64,000 nucleotides of DNA from Macrostomum hystrix (Eukaryota; Animalia; Platyhelminthes): the NCBI GenBank assembly GCA_950097015.1, contig CATNEN010000029.1, positions 7,440,001 to 7,504,000 of the forward strand. Reading direction: 5' to 3'. The position numbers and the translations under genes are program-made. The notes under the pieces were generated by a model, which saw nothing but the letters and a program-made list of their open reading frames with translations, made no database searches and had not been told where the DNA came from. Numbering within the stretch: position 1 is the stretch's first letter; each line of letters starts with the position of its first letter. Below are positions 58,529-64,000 of this stretch, one piece after another.

Positions 58529-61500
58529 GTTTAGGTTTCAGTTCTGAAATCTAAAGTGTTGAATTTAATAAAAGAAATCGTCGACATTACTTACAAAAGC
58601 ATTAAAGAACTGATTAAAGAACTAGATTGATAATCATTTGTATTTAGCTATGCAAGTAAAATCTGCCAAAAGCTGACTTTTGATCACCAGGCAGTCACTA
58701 TTTCCTACCTATCAATCAGAAGTGTGAGCGACTGTTCTATACTACTTTTATGATAAAAGTAGCAAGTAAAGTAATCAATTTACTTTTTAAAGTACAAGTA
58801 AACTGGGAATAAATTCATTCATTTATTCCCATGGTTATTCTGATGGTATTTCACAAAATTTTCATTTAATAATTTGTCTTATAGCAGGGCACATTGGCAA
58901 ATCAATCTCATTGATATATTGTTGATTTAATTAATACAATATACTATGGACTAATAAACAACAAAAAGTCAGAAAGAAATAGTGAAACCATTTTCTAAAA
59001 CATTTTATCTTACCAATAATGTGAGATATGGAATCATAAGCACATATCATAAGCCAAGCAATAGATATATATATATATAAAAGGATCTTGTTGATGATTG
59101 ATGTCAATAGACATGAAAATAATACAATTTTTATATTAGAATTTAGAATAAAATGAATTAGTATTATATTAATATATATTGATTCCATAGCCTCTACCAC
59201 TAAAAATGCTATAAATTGATAGTAGTATTCCTATAGATAGTAACCCTATTGAAATAAGTTTTCAGCTACTGCAGACAGTGCGCCATAGCAATCCTAAGGT
59301 GGCATAGACAGTGTGCCATGGCAATCTTCAAATTCCAATTCCTCTAGTTACATGCTTTTTATTATTGCTTAGGATCACACTTGCTGCTATATATAGCCTG
59401 TGATGAGTCAACTTCTTGAATCCTGACCTAGTGTGTGATGGTGCATGGCCATAGTCAAGATAATGGCATGGGTATGGCAGAATAAAGTTGGTAAAAAAAG
59501 TGGTACACTGAGTACACCGAGATTGGAACCTGGTGGTACACCGATGGACTGGGGGGTAGGGGTAACTACAATATTAGAAAGTAGTCAACATTACAAAATG
59601 TATTAAAACTGTTACATTATTGGCCCTTTCTCTCGACATGGTACACTTATTAATTTAATTTATCCTGCCTATTAACTTGTTACTGTGTGTATAGTACTTT
59701 GTAGTTTTACAGTATGTTTATGTTAAGCTTTGTTATAATGTATGTTAATTCCAATAAATTTAAAGTCACTTTTGCATCTTTTTTGTGCACTACTTTTTAC
59801 TTTCATTGCTAATAATAAAGTATAAATAATAAATACTTCCATCCTTAGTGATTCGCTTAGCAACAAAATAATTTAAATTGTTCAATGGCAAATTCAATTA
59901 TTAAAAAATGGAAGTTTAAAATAATGTAAAAGTCAAACTTAAAAAAAGTTGTCATTTGTGTTAAAATTTCAATAACTTTAACGAAAGAAAATTAGCACCA
60001 GAAAAAATTTTTTCTTTCATTTTCACAAAAAAATCATAACAGTGCATATACAATTTTCAGTTTTTTTTTCAATAATTTTTTTGTAGTTGCACATCAGGAT
60101 TCAGGATATTGTAGGGTGGGCAGGGCCCCACGCCCATGGTGGCGCAGCATGCAATTGTGTGTTGTGGCATGCCATTGCATGCCATGGGGTACTTTCTCTA
60201 AACTGTGGTACGCCGTGTATGCCAAAATTGGCCCAAAATTTCCCTGTGTATGCCGGAATTTTCCAAGTCAAATGCATCTTTCTGACTATGTCTATGGGTG
60301 CATGACACATGACAGCAAGCAAAGTGCACCAGACATTGACCATGATTGCTACAGCCTCTTAATACAATAGGGGATGGTACTATTATAATAGGGATAGAAA
60401 CTGCCAAAAAATTTTATACAAATAAAAAAAATGTATGAAAAAATGTGTTTATATATTTTTATGTGTTCTTACTAAAAATATTATTTTGGGCTCAGACAAT
60501 TAACCTGAAATGTAATGTCTTTTGGCTTATACAAATGTCTGTTACAAAAAAGTATAATTTCAATTTTTTCCAAATGTGTTATGGAAAAACTGGCTACCCT
60601 CTTGCTAATGTATAAATAAAGTTATAAAACAAAAACTCACAATTTTATATGAAAGCAGAAAGCATATAAAAAATATAAATTATAATATATATATATATAT
60701 ATATGTTTTATAAATTTCATTTTTTGGACAGCATTCTGTGCTGTCAAGGGAAATCAGTTTTAGCACACAAGCAGCTCCCTCCTATGTAGCATGCAATATT
60801 TTTTAAATAAAAAAAATTATTTAAACATAGATTTTTTTATGAAAGCATTGCCCCTATATGCAATAAAATTGTCCTTTCCCTTAAAACAGTGGTACATAGT
60901 GTATGCAACTTTTTTATTTTTATACTCTACGTACACATCCTTAAAACAGTGCGATTGTTAAACTAAATCATAATTTATAATGTATGTCCGCCTTTTGTTC
61001 AAACCGTCTTCTCTACTTTAATGTTAATACTTTGTTATGCTACTATTTTAGCTGCTGATAATTTGAACAGTTTTGCACGTCTTTTCTGGGGGGCGTTCTG
61101 AGGGATCAAGTCGCTCAGTTAAGTTTGTCGTCTTAGTTCGTCTGCTTCGTCACTCAGTTCCTTGTCGGTAAATAAGCATAACATAATAATCTCAGCGAAA
61201 GCATCAATGCTAAAAAGTTCAACTATATCTTCGTGATGTTAAATTTAAAAGCGCGTCAACCACAACTACATCCATTAGGCCTACATATTCTAAATTCAAG
61301 ACCGACAAAAAAACTTGTCATCTTTGTGAATTCAAAATAATACAGTAAAAAATTATAACCGTAAAACAAAATAGTGAGATAATATAACCCTAATTATAAA
61401 TTTTTTCAATAAAAGTTCATGCATTTGATTGTTTTTTTACTTTAGAGAAAAACTGTTATTAGGTCGATATTTAGTCTACAGCCGTAGTTTACACACGAAG

Positions 61501-62334
61501 CTTTGCTGCCAGCAGTTTGCCTCGCCTCGTTTGCTTCTTAGCTAGCCCAGAAATTGAGATCACGATTTTGAGCGAAAAGACACATGTGTATTATAGCACA
61601 TATTTTTCATTCTTTTAAATGACTGCCATGCATAGGTGTTGGCTAGGCCAAATGTGACTCTAGCGAACCTCAGGGTTTGTGAATTGCAGCATCATATCTG
61701 CTGTAGGAATTATAATTATTGTAAAAAGATAGCATAGATGACTGCTGAGATCTCCACACCTCACCGATATTGTCTACCCCAGCTAATACTGATGCCTTCT
61801 TTGCAATTGGTGAACTAGCGTCTAGCTCAATGACACAAATTATCTCGAACTCTAAACAGCTCTCAGTCAGGAGTCAAATGCTGTCAGAAATGAACCCGTT
61901 GGAAATCCCCGATGAATAAGCGACAATCAAAAAACGAATGCAAGGAATTCGAGGCTCATATACGAGGCTGAAAGTTAAAGCTAAATGGGAAAGCTAGATT
62001 AATTATTGTATTTTAATTGGAAATGGACATTTTCACACTAAAATTAAGCAGTAAACAAATTGTTTTAGACAAAAACCGATACAAATGTTAGAAAAAATCA
62101 CAAGCTATTTTTCCGTGTCAAAACGAGATGTGTACGTAGAGTATAAAAATAAAAAAGTAGCATACACTATGTACCACCAGTAAAATACCTGTAAAATACC
62201 TGGAAAAACCTGTAAAAATATGGTAAATCTGAAAATCTTAATTTCAAGTGTGAGGAGGACATAATAAAATAGAATCAAATATAGATATTACGCTCGTACA
62301 ACATTGTGAAATTTAGTCAGATGAACATGCGTTT

Positions 62335-62500
62335 CCAAAGGCTGTGGTATAGCTGTTCAGTCTGTGGACTGCATGGGAGGTTCAAATACCTACCCTAAGT
62401 TCTACTTTCAGCTGATGCTAGGTACCCATTTTACAAGTAGGTGAACAGAATTACAAAGGAATTAAGCCTAAGTGCCTTGCTCAAGGACACAATTTGTTCC
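62335..62500 (-). mobile_element. Degenerate SINE family A copy
   Basis: The reverse complement contains GTGTCCTTGAGCAAGGCACTT..TTCACCTACTTGTAAAATGGGTACC..CAGTCCACAGACTGAACAGCT, matching 17384-17694. Confidence 0.6.
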
Positions 62501-63244
62501 CGTTGAGCAGCTGAGATTCTAACTTCTGACTTGCTGCAGACCTTTGAGCAGGACAACACAGAACACAAATTCACAGGCTGAGTGCATGAAATCTAATACA
62601 ACGCGTGCAATCCAATCTCTAACGTGATATTTTTTATTTCAAAAAATGCTGTCAATACGTGATAATGAAAAACTGATAGGAATAAAATATGTTTTAAAAG
62701 TCGGTTTAAAAAAAGATATATAACAGACTAGACATAGATTTTGTCACAAATCGAAAAAAGCATAATAAATCACTATTAACTCATTAACTCAATAAATCAT
62801 TAACAACTATTATAGAGGCATGATCGATAGAATAGTACAGAGTTAAATAACTTTAAGTACACGTTTATCAATGCAAATACAATAAACATTCATACTACTA
62901 TGAGTGACTAGCGATCGTGACTCAAACATGCGAAAAATGTGCGACTTAAAATCATGTTTGCTTTATCTTCGACCAATTTTTAAACGGTAACTTTCAAGGG
63001 AACTAGTGAAAAAGGTTAGTAAAATATATAAATACGATGCGTATTGTCTGCTAAAGACAATTTTTGTAATTGAATGCAGCACTCAGAAAAGTGTTATCAT
63101 ATTGTACTGCGGAACACGGCTGCTACGATTATTTTAAAGCAGATTTAAACAGATGAAACAACATTATTACAAATACGTGTAGAGTGTTCTTCTGACAGTT
63201 TGCAATTATATTAAATCTGAGTTCACAATTAAAAATGCCACCTC

Positions 63245-63630
63245 CTATTGCGATGGCGGCTGCGGCTGCGGCGGCGGAGGACTTGGCGGTCTCGGCCGTC
63301 CGGAGCCGAAAATTGACGCGCTTCGCCCGCTGGCCGAAGCGGCCGAGTGTAAAGGCTCGGTCACAGTACGCGGCAGCAGCTTTAACTTGGGCCTACTAAG
63401 AGCTGGCTGCTGCGGCTGCTGCTGCGTCTCCTGTCGTGGAGCAACTGCCTCATCACGGTAGCTGTTGCGGCTTCCGCTGCCACTGCCGCTACCGCTGGAG
63501 CCTTGGCGTTGACGCTGATGGATGCTGCCATGAAACGGCTGGTAGTCATGGTAACCCCTGTTTGGACCAGCGCTTCGCATCGCCAGCTCTTAGTGGTAGG
63601 GGCGCCCGCTTGCACCTCTGCTAGCGCCGC
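63245..63630 (-). CDS. EIF4H: Terminal exon of eIF4H (eIF4B/4H family); upstream exons probably outside the window; contains an in-frame TAA
   Basis: The C-terminal motif RPKLKLLPRTVTEPL..A..SIFGSGRPR matches eIF4H RPRLQLKPRTV..PL..AIFGGARPRE. Acceptor CACAG at 63631-63635. Confidence 0.7.
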
Positions 63631-63942
63631 CTGTGATAGATTTAATTGAAGAAATTATCTAAAGGTAACCAACTTATGAGGGAGCTGAGCAGTGGGGGGA
63701 CTCTCGCGCTGAGGTCCCTGAGCTCGACGCCCACATTTAGTTTAGGGCTACAATCAGAAAAAAGGCTTTAAGGCTTGTCGTTTGCCATCCATAGAACTCA
63801 TATAAAATAAAGCCAAAAATAATTACACACCACCGCCGCGACTGCGTCTGCTCTGTGCAATGTCAATCTTCAACTGCCGATTATCGTAAAGCTGCAGGCA
63901 AAAATTTATATTCTCTTGTACGCTCGTAGATTAAGCCATCCC

Positions 63943-64000
63943 GACCAGTGACTCAGGACACTACATCCAGACCAATGACTCAGGACACTACATCCAGACC
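63943..64000. repeat. Start of a 27-bp tandem repeat GACCAGTGACTCAGGACACTACATCCA
   Basis: Two copies before the window end. Confidence 0.75.

Noticed and set aside
60222-60231. CArG box CCAAAATTGG 1.7 kb upstream of SRF (autoregulation)
   Set aside because: A single low-affinity match in AT-rich, repeat-like DNA is expected by chance.
1077-63592. TAA reassignment (none of the nine confidently modelled genes ends in TAA, and eIF4H has an internal TAA)
   Set aside because: The sample is too small, GC-rich coding regions favour TGA/TAG, and no other in-frame TAA occurs in about 4000 reconstructed codons.

Overview
Animal nuclear DNA, not prokaryotic. GC-rich spliced exons with poly-A/Q/P runs are separated by AT-rich DNA holding about 30 minisatellite arrays with 12-85 bp units. 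The overall style resembles the flatworm Macrostomum (inference only). Genes reconstructed by hand: a matrin/U1-type zinc-finger protein (5' end outside the window), gamma-tubulin (2 exons), a 15-exon neprilysin/M13-family type II membrane protein that has lost all catalytic zinc ligands, a 3-LIM protein, an ANKRD63/34-like ankyrin protein, a 4-exon RING-HC plus NHL-like propeller protein (minus), FoxD (minus; its eh1 motif is out of frame with the forkhead domain), a divergent SRF (minus), and the last exon of eIF4H (minus; in-frame TAA). Mobile DNA comprises two tRNA-derived SINE families, a TTAA-flanked piggyBac-like non-autonomous element with nested insertions, a foldback element, and a TSD-flanked 12-bp array. 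Most long ORFs in the supplied track are artefacts of tandem repeats. There is no CRISPR array, rRNA gene or true tRNA gene.
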